In this document: positions 9,881 to 19,100 of the stretch, piece by piece
Layout of the letters: each line of letters starts with the position of its first letter
How positions within the stretch are numbered: position 1 is the first letter of the stretch
Assembly: GCA_041661745.1 (NCBI GenBank)
Contig: JBAZTR010000001.1
Coordinates: 79,740-143,739, forward strand
Reading direction: 5' to 3'
Length of the DNA: 64,000 bases
DNA from: Patescibacteria group bacterium
GTDB lineage: Bacteria > Patescibacteriota > Patescibacteriia > UBA9934 > GWF2-40-263
Made by a program: the position numbers and the translations under genes
Notes under the pieces: generated by a model
What the model was told of the DNA's origin: nothing
Seen by the model: the letters and a program-made list of their open reading frames with translations, nothing else
Databases searched by the model: none

Positions 9881-11674
9881 ATGAGGAAATTTAATAGGGC
9901 TTCAATGATAGCATTGGTTGCCGCTTTTTTGTTTAGCTTCGTTGGGCCAGTAACGGTACAAGCTGCCACTGCGCCAGACCTTGGTGCGGCTGAAAGTTAC
10001 GCAGTTTTCGGTAAAGCCGGCGTAACTAACGACTCAGCCGTCGGAACAACCCATATTTGGGGGAATGTTGGCGCCGATGCCACCAATGTTACCTTTCTCG
10101 ATGACGCGACACAGGTGGATGGAGTAATAGATAGTGGAGTCGGGGTTGAAGCGGCCATTTTGTCGGCCTATGGTGAACTGGCAGGCGAGGGAGTTACCGG
10201 AGCTCTTGACCTGGCTGGGAACAATACGGTCACCCCAGGCGTTTACACCGTGGGAGCAACCAACCTAGATGGTACTCTTACACTTAACGGTGAAGGTGTT
10301 TACATCTTTCGAAGTTCGTCCAGTATTTCAACTTCCGGACCGGCACAAGTCGTTTTAACCAACGGTGCTTCGGCTTGTGATGTGTATTGGCAGATTCCTA
10401 CAGCCATGACTATTGGGACTGGCACAGTTATGGTGGGAACTATCATAACAAATACGGCCGAAATCACTCTCGCCACTGGCGCAAGCTTGAATGGTCGAGC
10501 TTTGTCTCGCAACACCCAAGTGACTTTGGACAGTAACTCGATTACTGAACCAGTTTGCACGGCGGCAGTGTCGGGGGGCGGTTCTAACCAATACACCGCC
10601 ACAATCAATGTCGTCAAAACCGTTATTAATGACAACGGCGGCACAAAGACCGTTGCTGATTTTCCGTTGTTTATTAACCAAGCTCCGGTCGACTCCGGTG
10701 TGACCAATAATTTTTATTTCTTTTTTCCAGGTTCGTATACCATGAGTGAAACAAGCGATCCTGGCTATACTCAATCCTTTTCTGGCGACTGCGGCAGTGA
10801 TGGTCAATTATACTTATATTCAAACGAAAATAAGTTTTGTATTATAACCAACAACGATATTGGCGCCCCGGTCGTGGCCCCGCCAGTACCACCTCTTATT
10901 GATGTGGTTAAGGTACCAAGTCCGCTAGTTTTACCAGACGGACCAGATACCGTGAACTACACTTATACCTTACGGAACGTCGGCACTGTTCCGGTGACTG
11001 ATATAACCATGGTTGGCGACACTTGTTATCCTATTGCTCTTACTTCAGGCGATACTAATGCCGATGGAAAACTCGATTTGACCGAAACCTGGGTGTACAA
11101 CTGTGCCAAAATTATTTCTGAAACCCACACCAATACCGTGGTGGCAACCGGCTGGGCCAACGGTCTTTCGGCCACTGATATTGCTAGTGCGACTGTAGTT
11201 GTTAATGATGAAATTGTTCCACCATTAATCCACGTGACCAAAGTTCCAAGTCCGTTAACTCTGTTAGCTGGGGGCGGCACGGTTACTTATACTGAAAGAA
11301 TTACCAATCCTGGAACTGTCGCTCTAAGTAATGTTCACCTTACGGATGATAAATGTAGTCCAATGGCCTATGTTTCCGGAGACGTTAACGGCGACTCTTT
11401 ACTTCAAACAACCGAAACCTGGACTTATACCTGTCAAACGAATTTGACTCAATCAACAACCAACACTGCCTCAGCTACGGGTGAAGCCAATGGCGTGACC
11501 GTACGTGATCTTGCTTTGGCTACGGTTACCGTGGCCGCGGCTGTTCCAGCTTTGCCTAATACCGGTCTTACTCCTGAAAAAGAAGTATCTTCATGGAATA
11601 TTGGCTTGTTGGCCGGCCTTATTACCCTAGCTTCTGTGTTACTTATAGCAGGACTAAAAAAACGTTTTAATTAG
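9881..11674 (+). CDS. Ice-binding (DUF3494-like) surface protein with Ig-like repeats and an LPNTG sorting signal
   Basis: Signal peptide; TPGVY, NGASACDVYWQ, GRALSRN; C-terminal LPNTG-TM-KKR. Confidence 0.88.
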   Translation: MRKFNRASMIALVAAFLFSFVGPVTVQAATAPDLGAAESYAVFGKAGVTNDSAVGTTHIWGNVGADATNVTFLDDATQVDGVIDSGVGVEAAILSAYGELAGEGVTGALDLAGNNTVTPGVYTVGATNLDGTLTLNGEGVYIFRSSSSISTSGPAQVVLTNGASACDVYWQIPTAMTIGTGTVMVGTIITNTAEITLATGASLNGRALSRNTQVTLDSNSITEPVCTAAVSGGGSNQYTATINVVKTVINDNGGTKTVADFPLFINQAPVDSGVTNNFYFFFPGSYTMSETSDPGYTQSFSGDCGSDGQLYLYSNENKFCIITNNDIGAPVVAPPVPPLIDVVKVPSPLVLPDGPDTVNYTYTLRNVGTVPVTDITMVGDTCYPIALTSGDTNADGKLDLTETWVYNCAKIISETHTNTVVATGWANGLSATDIASATVVVNDEIVPPLIHVTKVPSPLTLLAGGGTVTYTERITNPGTVALSNVHLTDDKCSPMAYVSGDVNGDSLLQTTETWTYTCQTNLTQSTTNTASATGEANGVTVRDLALATVTVAAAVPALPNTGLTPEKEVSSWNIGLLAGLITLASVLLIAGLKKRFN

Positions 11675-11692
11675 TCAGGGTCCTCTGATTAG

Positions 11693-11720
11693 TAAAGACC
11701 CCGCCAGAGCGGGGTCTTTA
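11693..11720. terminator. Hairpin (terminator or REP-like repeat)
   Basis: TAAAGACCCCGC CAGA GCGGGGTCTTTA; resembles 7114-7136. Confidence 0.6.
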
Positions 11721-11743
11721 CATTATGGAGGTTTTGGCAATCT

Positions 11744-12409
11744 ATGCAATTAAGTAATTTATTTAAATTGTCGTTGTTTCTTACTATTATTGTGGGAATT
11801 GTCTTTTTTTTAGTAATTACTTTTTTTCTGCCGCCTAATCCATCTAGCCAAGATTCTGTCGCGAATTCGGTCGTGTCTGTCAATGACCAAGTTTCGCAAA
11901 TCACGGCTGTCAATGGGCCAACCAAAGATATCCAAGCCGCTGTTTTTACTGAACAGTCTGAACCACTTATTTTTTTCCATCTAAGTATTCCCAAAATCGG
12001 AGTCGCGACAGCCGTTGAATCTGTCGGTCTTACCCCCCAAGGTGCCGTGGACGTGCCAAGAGATCCGGCTAACGCCGCTTGGTTTAATCTTGGACCACGG
12101 CCAGGAGAAAGTGGCAGTGCAGTTATTACCGGCCATTACGGTCGCTGGAAAAACGGGGAAGGTTCGGTTTTTGATGACTTAAATAAACTAAGTCAAGGTG
12201 ATAATATATATATTGAGGATGAAAAAGGGGAAACAACAACTTTTGTAGTGCGTGAAAGTCGAAAGTACGATCCGACTGCAGATGCCCCGGAAATATTTAG
12301 TTCAAGTGATAGCAAGGTTCACCTCAATTTAATTACTTGCGAAGGTACATGGAATAACGAAGCTCAGCAGTATTCTGAGCGGTTGGTAGTTTTTGCCGAC
12401 AAAGAATAG
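11744..12409 (+). CDS. Class F sortase
   Basis: N-terminal TM; LSIPKIGV, GPRPGESGSAVITGH, LNLITCEG...RLVV (His/Cys/Arg triad). Confidence 0.92.
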   Translation: MQLSNLFKLSLFLTIIVGIVFFLVITFFLPPNPSSQDSVANSVVSVNDQVSQITAVNGPTKDIQAAVFTEQSEPLIFFHLSIPKIGVATAVESVGLTPQGAVDVPRDPANAAWFNLGPRPGESGSAVITGHYGRWKNGEGSVFDDLNKLSQGDNIYIEDEKGETTTFVVRESRKYDPTADAPEIFSSSDSKVHLNLITCEGTWNNEAQQYSERLVVFADKE

Positions 12410-12417
12410 TATCAAAT

Positions 12418-14931
12418 ATGCCAAATCAAAAAGTTAAAATATTTAATAAATTTTTAGTAACAATTGTTTTAGCGGCGGTTTTTACTTTTGGTTTTGTCGG
12501 AACTATCGGAGCCGAGACTGTAATAGATTTTGGCTCGGCCGATAGTTTTGCTGTTCTGGCCGGCTCGGGGATTGAAAATACCGGCTTGACCACAATCAAC
12601 GGCGATGTCGGATCGTTCCCAACCCTTACCCAGAACGGTTTTGGTTCCGTTACTTTGAATGGAACAAACCATTTTGGTGATGTGGTTACGCAAGGGGCTA
12701 AAACCGATTTAACGGCCGCCTATATCGATGCCGCTGGTCGAGGGCCAACCACACCCATTGCCGCCGATCTTGGTGGACAGACCCTGCCTCCCGGTATTTA
12801 TAAAGATAATGGTGCTCCAGCGTCTCTTTCGAATTCCGGAACATTAACCCTCGATGGCGGCGGTGATGCTAACGCTATTTTTATTTTTCAATCGGCCACC
12901 ACTCTTACCACAGCCTCCGCCAGTGTGGTCGAACTAATCAATGGAGCTAAGGCTGAAAATGTTTTTTGGCAGGTTGGCAGTTCGGCCACTCTTGGGGCTA
13001 ACTCGACCTTCAAAGGAAATATAATAGCCTTAACATCTATTACTCTTATAACCGGAGCCGAGGTGGAGGGTCGAATGCTGGCGCGAAACGGCGCGGTTAC
13101 TTTAGATGCTAATGTCATTACTGTTCCCTTTGACACCACTCCTCCAGTCGCTATCTCCGACTTAGCCCTTTCCGGGGCCACCACTTCTTCTATTGTTCTC
13201 ACCTGGACGGCGCCTGGTGATGATGTTGGTGTTGGTACGGCCGCCCTTTATGATATTCGTTATTCCACTTCACCGATTGTTACGCCAGCTGACTTTACTG
13301 GTGCAGCTCTAGTTTCCGGTGAGCCGGTTCCCACAGCTGCTGGAACTTCTCAGACTAAGACCGTCTCCGGTCTTTCCGCCAACACTCTTTACTACTTCGC
13401 CATGAAGACGCAAGACGAAGTTCCGAATGTCTCAGATGTTTCTAATATTCCATCGTTGTCGACAGCGGCCATGCCTGACATTATTCCCCCAGTTGATATC
13501 TCCGATCTAGCTCTCTCAGGCGCCACCACTTCTTCCATTGTTCTCACCTGGACGGCGCCTGGTGATGATGTTGATGTTGGTACAGCCGCGCTTTACGATA
13601 TTCGTTATTCCACTTCACCGATTGTTACGCCAGCTGACTTCACTGGCGCAGCTTTGGTTTCCGGTGAACCGGTTCCCACAGCGGCTGGGACTTCTCAGAC
13701 TAAGACTGTCTCCGGACTTTCCGCCAACACTCTTTACTACTTCGCCATGAAGACACAAGACGAAGTGCCGAATGTTTCAGATGTTTCTAATATTCCATCG
13801 TTGTCAACGGTAGCGCTTAATCCGGAGGGAATGAGTCAATTAACGGGCACAATCAATGTTGTTAAAACCGTTATCAACGACAATGGAGGTATTAAGACTG
13901 TTGCCGACTTTCCATTGTTTATAAATGAGGTGCCGGTCGATTCCGGTGTAACCAATCACCTTTATTTTTATTCTTCAGGTTTATATACCATGAGCGAAAC
14001 CACCGATCCTGGATATACTCAAACCTTTTCCGGCGACTGCGGTAGTAGTGGTCAATTATATTTGTATTCAAGCGACAAGAAGTTTTGTATTATCACCAAC
14101 GATGATATTGGTGTTCCGGTCGTGGCTCCACCCGTGCCACCCCTTATTGATGTGGTTAAGGTGCCAAGCCCTTTGGCTTTGCCTGATGGTCCCGGTTTGG
14201 TGACTTACACTTATACCTTGCGCAATGTCGGAACCGTGCCAGTAACTGACATAACCATGGTTGTTGACACCTGTTCTCCCATTGTCCTTGATTCCGGTGA
14301 TATTAACGGTGATGCCAAACTCGACCTGACCGAAACTTGGGTGTACAAATGTGCCAAAATTATTTCAGAAACCCACACCAATATCGTAGTGGTTACCGGC
14401 TGGGCCAACGGTCTTTCGGCTACTGACATTGCCAGTGCCACTGTGGTTGTTGGTGATTCAATTATTCCGCCTTTAATTCACGTGACTAAAGTTCCGAGCC
14501 CATTAACATTGCTAGCCGGGGGCGGATCCGTTACTTATACCGAAACAATCACAAATCCGGGCACGGTTGCTTTAAATAATGTCGCCCTGGCAGATGATAA
14601 ATGCAGTCCAATGAAATTTATTTCCGGCGATACTAACAATGATTCAAAACTTGATGTCGATGAAGCATGGAAATTTACTTGTCAGACCAATTTAACTAAA
14701 ACTACGACAAACACCGCCACGGCCAGTGGCGAAGCTAATGGTCTTACAATTAGAGATTTTGCTCTCACCACCGTTGTCGTGGCGGCGGTTGCTCCGGTTT
14801 TGCCCAGCACCGGCCTGGCGCCGGAAAGGGAAGTGACTTCACGGGATTTAATCACGTTGGCCGGTCTTCTTATCCTGGTTACTACTCTTTTTGCAGTGAG
14901 ATTAAAACACACGAGTAAATTAGGACGATAA
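12418..14931 (+). CDS. Ice-binding (DUF3494-like) protein with 2 FN3-like repeats, Ig-like repeats and an LPSTG sorting signal
   Basis: FAVLAGS, LGGQTLPPGIY, NVFWQVGSSATLG, GRMLARNGAVTLD; two LTWTAPGDD domains; LPSTG-TM-basic tail. Confidence 0.9.
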   Translation: MPNQKVKIFNKFLVTIVLAAVFTFGFVGTIGAETVIDFGSADSFAVLAGSGIENTGLTTINGDVGSFPTLTQNGFGSVTLNGTNHFGDVVTQGAKTDLTAAYIDAAGRGPTTPIAADLGGQTLPPGIYKDNGAPASLSNSGTLTLDGGGDANAIFIFQSATTLTTASASVVELINGAKAENVFWQVGSSATLGANSTFKGNIIALTSITLITGAEVEGRMLARNGAVTLDANVITVPFDTTPPVAISDLALSGATTSSIVLTWTAPGDDVGVGTAALYDIRYSTSPIVTPADFTGAALVSGEPVPTAAGTSQTKTVSGLSANTLYYFAMKTQDEVPNVSDVSNIPSLSTAAMPDIIPPVDISDLALSGATTSSIVLTWTAPGDDVDVGTAALYDIRYSTSPIVTPADFTGAALVSGEPVPTAAGTSQTKTVSGLSANTLYYFAMKTQDEVPNVSDVSNIPSLSTVALNPEGMSQLTGTINVVKTVINDNGGIKTVADFPLFINEVPVDSGVTNHLYFYSSGLYTMSETTDPGYTQTFSGDCGSSGQLYLYSSDKKFCIITNDDIGVPVVAPPVPPLIDVVKVPSPLALPDGPGLVTYTYTLRNVGTVPVTDITMVVDTCSPIVLDSGDINGDAKLDLTETWVYKCAKIISETHTNIVVVTGWANGLSATDIASATVVVGDSIIPPLIHVTKVPSPLTLLAGGGSVTYTETITNPGTVALNNVALADDKCSPMKFISGDTNNDSKLDVDEAWKFTCQTNLTKTTTNTATASGEANGLTIRDFALTTVVVAAVAPVLPSTGLAPEREVTSRDLITLAGLLILVTTLFAVRLKHTSKLGR
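13132..13812 (+). repeat. Tandem duplication (about 345 bp) of an FN3-like domain
   Basis: Near-identical 115-aa units starting DTTPPV and DIIPPV. Confidence 0.9.
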
Positions 14932-15870
14932 AATTAGAATTTTTTGTAGGTCCTCCATTGTCTTCAGTGTACTAATCGTGCGTCGCAACTCAGCCACCCC
15001 TGGCAAGCCGCGGAAATACCAAACCAAATGTTTGCGAAAACCGACAAGGTTGCTTTGGCCGCTGTGTTTTAAATATAATTCAGCATGACGAAGAATAACT
15101 CTGGTCCGTTCGGCCGGAGTTATTATTTTTGCCTCACGACCGGCCAGGGTGTCCTCAATGTTTCGAAAGATCCACGGGTTACCCAAAGCTCCTCGACCGA
15201 TAAGAATGCCGTCAACGCCGGTTTTAAGGGCCCGCAGGGCTTCGGCGGCCGTGGTAATGTCACCATTACCTAGAACAGGAATGGAAACAGCTTTTTTAAC
15301 GCGAGCAATCATTTCCCAATCAGCTTTGCCGGAATATTCCTGCTTTTTTGTTCGTCCATGAACAGAAATTAAATCAGCCCCGGCTTTTTCAACAATCGGA
15401 GCAAAAGTTAATATCTCGTCGGGCTTACTCCAACCCAAACGCATCTTAACCGAAACCGGCGTCTTAACCGCGGCTTTAACGGCGCGAACAATGGCCGCGG
15501 CTTTTTCCGGATCTTTCATTAAAGCCGAGCCGTTGAAATTAGAAATAATCTTTTTGGCCGGACAGCCCATGTTAATATCGATGCCATCCGGATGATATTT
15601 TTCTTCAATAAGTTTCGCCGCCCGAGCCATGACTTCAGGATTGCCGCCAAAAATTTGTTGAACAAGCGGTCGCTCGCCCTCATTTATTTTGGCCATCTGA
15701 CCGGTCTTCTCATTGCCGCGGACAATTGCCTCGGCCGAAACCATTTCGCGAAAAACCACGGTCGAGGGCGCGAGCTCCTTAACCAAAAGACAAAACGCCG
15801 CGTCTGTGTGATCAGCCATGGGCGAGAGGGCAATGATGGGGGTTTTGGCATTATTCCAAGTGACTTTCAT
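14920..15870 (-). CDS. dusB: tRNA-dihydrouridine synthase
   Basis: LSPMA, IDINMGCP, GSALM, VHGRT, GNGDI, IGRGALGNPW. Confidence 0.93.
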   Translation of the reverse strand: MKVTWNNAKTPIIALSPMADHTDAAFCLLVKELAPSTVVFREMVSAEAIVRGNEKTGQMAKINEGERPLVQQIFGGNPEVMARAAKLIEEKYHPDGIDINMGCPAKKIISNFNGSALMKDPEKAAAIVRAVKAAVKTPVSVKMRLGWSKPDEILTFAPIVEKAGADLISVHGRTKKQEYSGKADWEMIARVKKAVSIPVLGNGDITTAAEALRALKTGVDGILIGRGALGNPWIFRNIEDTLAGREAKIITPAERTRVILRHAELYLKHSGQSNLVGFRKHLVWYFRGLPGVAELRRTISTLKTMEDLQKILILSS

Positions 15871-15957
15871 GTACCAGAATAGTAGTTGAAAATTTAAAAT
15901 TTTTCAATCATAAGACCGCCTTATGCCAAACGAACAAGAAATTTTTCCACAGATCAT

Positions 15958-16013
15958 GGTTGACCCTCTCGACAAGCTCGGGGTCAACCCTGAGGCCTCT
16001 CGAAGGGGTTGAC
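15958..16013. repeat. Palindromic intergenic repeat (TCGACAAGCTC...CCCTGAG...TCGAAGGG type)
   Basis: GGTTGACCC...GGGGTCAACC and CAACCC...GGGGTTG alternative stems. Confidence 0.65.
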
Positions 16014-16043
16014 AAGAAGTAAAATTTATGATGGAATAAAAAT

Positions 16044-16158
16044 AACCTGGTGAGGTTCTATTAAGAACCTAACTCTTGGTGTCAACATAACAGCTCCCCT
16101 ACAGATGCGTAATTGCATTTTTTGGGAGTTGTTTTGTTTTATCAAAACGTCGGTCAAC
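16044..16158 (+). ncRNA. Structured 5' leader complementary to the downstream tRNA-like element
   Basis: 16044-16057 pairs with 16179-16192; 16073-16085 pairs with 16192-16204; own hairpin AACATAACAGCTCCC...GGGAGTTGTTTTGTT. Confidence 0.55.
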
Positions 16159-16231
16159 GGGCTCGTGGAGGTAATGGCAACCTCACTAGGTTTGACACCA
16201 AGAGACGCGGGTCCGATTCCCGCCGAGTCCA
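16159..16231 (+). tRNA. Non-canonical tRNA-like cloverleaf: Ala-type acceptor, TGA anticodon, no encoded CCA
   Basis: GGGCTCG TG GAGG TAATGGCAA CCTC A CTAGG TTTGACA CCAAG AGAC GCGGG TCCGATT CCCGC CGAGTCC A. Confidence 0.75.
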
Positions 16232-16361
16232 GAAAAATAAACCGACGCCAAGCAATCCTGCTCGAAAGGGCGGGATTTGCTTTGTTTATGCGAGGAACGT
16301 GGTATATAATTGATGTTGGAGAGATTAAATCAATATTGCTAATACTAATTATTAAAATTTT

Positions 16362-16859
16362 ATGAGAGAAGGACAGCTTGACCCTTCCGAACAAGCGAAT
16401 AATATAGAAGGGTCGCCCGAAGGTGCGGCCGAACAAAAAGAGTCGGAGAGAATAATTAAAACAGCAGGAGTTTTAGTTTTTAAAGATAACAAAGTACTTT
16501 TGGTCTGTCACGGAAAAAAAGCTGGTCACATTGATGGCACATATGGTATTCCGGCGGGAAGACTTGAAGATGGAGAATTATCGATTGAAACAGCCGTAAG
16601 AGAGCTGCTCGAAGAGTCAGGTTTAGAAACTACAGTAGAAGATCTTGAAAAAATACCTGGGACTTATACAGCATCAATTAAAAGAAAAGGTGGAACAAGA
16701 AATTTTTCTTTAGAAACTTTTCGGTGTAAAAATTGGAGTGGCGAGCTGTGTGCTAGCGACGAGACAGTTCCTGAATGGGTTGATATAGATAGTTTAGATA
16801 AACTAGACCTCCTGCCAAATGTAAAAAGAATGATTTCTGATGCCATGACTTTAAAGTAA
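16362..16859 (+). CDS. NUDIX hydrolase with an acidic N-terminal leader
   Basis: PAGRLEDGELSIETAVRELLEESGL Nudix box. Confidence 0.92.
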   Translation: MREGQLDPSEQANNIEGSPEGAAEQKESERIIKTAGVLVFKDNKVLLVCHGKKAGHIDGTYGIPAGRLEDGELSIETAVRELLEESGLETTVEDLEKIPGTYTASIKRKGGTRNFSLETFRCKNWSGELCASDETVPEWVDIDSLDKLDLLPNVKRMISDAMTLK

Positions 16860-16918
16860 AACAGCGTCTAACTATCGATATTTGGTTCCACATTGGTAAT
16901 ATTAATTATCAAAATTAT

Positions 16919-17326
16919 ATGAAAAAAATCCTTTTGTCCGGCCTTGTTGCCGGCATCGTTATGTTGGTTATTGCCGTGGCTCTAAGTTTTGCATGGCAAT
17001 TTATTTTTCCGTCCGTAGCGCTTGAATACGCCACGCCGTTGTTCCGCCCATGGTCCGATCCACTCATGTCGCTTATATTCGTTTGTCCATTACTCACTGG
17101 TTTTTTTCTGGCCTGGATTTGGAGTATGGTCAAGGGTTGTCACCAAGGTTCGGCTAGCAAAAAAGTTCTTTTGTTTGCCACTGGCTGGACGATTTTTTCC
17201 TTCCTGGGCATTTTTATGACTTACAGTTGTTTTCAAATGTCGTTTCTAATGATGTTAACCTGGGTTCTCAGCTCGGCCACACAATATTATTTTGGGACGT
17301 GGGTTTTGATTAAAATGAATAAGTAA
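16919..17326 (+). CDS. Hypothetical membrane protein
   Basis: About 4 hydrophobic segments. Confidence 0.75.
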   Translation: MKKILLSGLVAGIVMLVIAVALSFAWQFIFPSVALEYATPLFRPWSDPLMSLIFVCPLLTGFFLAWIWSMVKGCHQGSASKKVLLFATGWTIFSFLGIFMTYSCFQMSFLMMLTWVLSSATQYYFGTWVLIKMNK

Positions 17327-17401
17327 TTTTTCCACAATTTATTTCAAGGGTCGAAATAAATTTATATAATTCAATTAGTTTAATAAACTAGCCATATTAT
17401 T

Positions 17402-17734
17402 ATGCAAGAAAAATTCTCAAGTGCTACTCCACCACAAGAGAGCCGAGAAATTAAAATAGAGCAATTCGAATCTGCAATAAGAAAATTTTTTAGGGAACAG
17501 TGGCCAGATGACCCTAAATCAAAAAGAATTAATTATGGGCTTGGATTTGACATCAGTGATCCCAAAAGTGCTGATATGAGACGTGTGCAATCAGGTGATT
17601 TTGAGATAACTCATTTCCAAAAATTACCCACGTCTGACCCTAAAAAACCAAGCCTTCATTTCTACGTAGGTGGCACAGAATTTCATATCAGTGGTAAGGC
17701 AGCTGATAGAATTTATGAGCTTATGAAAGAATAA
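17402..17734 (+). CDS. Hypothetical protein
   Basis: 110-aa ORF, co-directional, AT-rich leader. Confidence 0.7.
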   Translation: MQEKFSSATPPQESREIKIEQFESAIRKFFREQWPDDPKSKRINYGLGFDISDPKSADMRRVQSGDFEITHFQKLPTSDPKKPSLHFYVGGTEFHISGKAADRIYELMKE

Positions 17735-17862
17735 TAAATTGAAAAAAATACATTAAGAAAAAGAAATTTCTGTGTTTTGATGAAGGTTTGGGCGGAGTTC
17801 CGTTAAAAAGCGTGCGTCTGATAATTAAAATTTGTTCCGCATTAGTTTATATCATTTTTTTT

Positions 17863-18357
17863 ATGTCCGACTACAAATCAACAACAGACAAAGGTGAATG
17901 CGTTTTTTGTAAAATTATTAGCGGTGAAATAAAAACGCCTGGGATTTTTTGGGAGGACGAAGAGTTTATAGCCTTTTTATCAACTTGGCCAAGCGTAGAA
18001 GGATTTACCGTTGTAGCTCCCAAAAAACATTATGGTAGCGATTGTTTAGCAATGCCCGACGATGTTTTACAAAGATTTATTTTAGCGGCTAAAAAAGTTT
18101 CGAACGTTCTTTTGAACCATTTTGAAGATGTTGGCCGAGTTGGATTAATTATGGAAGGGACGGGGGTAGATCATGCCCACATTAAACTCATTCCAATGCA
18201 CGGAACAGGACACATGAAAAAAGGCATTTGGAAACAATATCTTAGCGAAAGATCTGATTATTTCGAAAAATATGAAGGATACATAATTTCAACGGATGGA
18301 CCAAAAGCCGATCCGGAAAAATTAAAAGATTTAGCAGAGAAATTAAAAAACGTTTAA
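17863..18357 (+). CDS. HIT family hydrolase (start reassigned to 17863)
   Basis: CVFCKI, VDHAHIKLIP (variant HxHxK triad). Confidence 0.9.
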   Translation: MSDYKSTTDKGECVFCKIISGEIKTPGIFWEDEEFIAFLSTWPSVEGFTVVAPKKHYGSDCLAMPDDVLQRFILAAKKVSNVLLNHFEDVGRVGLIMEGTGVDHAHIKLIPMHGTGHMKKGIWKQYLSERSDYFEKYEGYIISTDGPKADPEKLKDLAEKLKNV

Positions 18358-18380
18358 TTAAATATTCCTTTCGTTAAAAT

Positions 18381-19100
18381 ATGTCCCCCGAAAGAATGCA
18401 ACCAAACCCCGAAAAAGAGCCTAGTCCTTTCGATATCTCCCTACCGAGTTCGGAAGATTTAGAAACCATGCCCATTGAAAAATTACATGCAATCTGGAGG
18501 GAGAATCATGAGAAGATAAAGGAAATGCTGCGTAATTGTAATTCGCCATATTTTGGATTACACGGAACAAGTCAAGAGAATTTTAAAAAAATTGAAACAT
18601 CGCATAAAGGTGATGTTGAAATGGCAACTTTTTACGAAAAAGAATATAGCTCCGAACAATTTTTGTATAAACTTTATCACGCCGCCCTGTACGTCTCGGC
18701 ATATGCGACCAAAGAACAGCCTGGAAGAATTATCGTCTTTAATCTTGAAGAAGATGACAAAAATATGACCCTTCCTTGGGAACGTCTTAAATCAGGCAAT
18801 TCTCTTCATTTTGGACTGGACTGTGATTCGGCTAAAGAAAAAGAACGCCTTGCCGCTCTGCAAGAGCCATCGAAGGAAAATCCTCGCAGTCAAGATTTGT
18901 TATATAGAACCGATTTTATATTTCAAGACAAACGTTTTGACGAAAGATTTATGGGCTCGATCGACTTTAATACCGATGAGTTTAAACAGCTTTTTTTAAA
19001 ACTGGAAGATTTTGGACGTCGTATAATAAGATATAGATTTTTAGCTCAAAAAATTGTTGCCGAGACCCTTAGAATTGTTGCCGATTACCAAAAAATATGA
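18381..19100 (+). CDS. Hypothetical protein
   Basis: 239-aa ORF; Pro/Glu-rich N-terminus; GLHGTS motif. Confidence 0.75.
   Translation: MSPERMQPNPEKEPSPFDISLPSSEDLETMPIEKLHAIWRENHEKIKEMLRNCNSPYFGLHGTSQENFKKIETSHKGDVEMATFYEKEYSSEQFLYKLYHAALYVSAYATKEQPGRIIVFNLEEDDKNMTLPWERLKSGNSLHFGLDCDSAKEKERLAALQEPSKENPRSQDLLYRTDFIFQDKRFDERFMGSIDFNTDEFKQLFLKLEDFGRRIIRYRFLAQKIVAETLRIVADYQKI

Noticed and set aside
16159-16231. tmRNA
   Set aside because: G3:U70 and GAC before the T-arm are tmRNA-like, but both acceptor strands lie within 73 nt, a D-stem is present, and there is no tag ORF or permuted arrangement
16026-16436. ORFs 16026..16436, 16105..16365 and 16113..16313
   Set aside because: Overlap the structured RNA and promoter; no protein motifs
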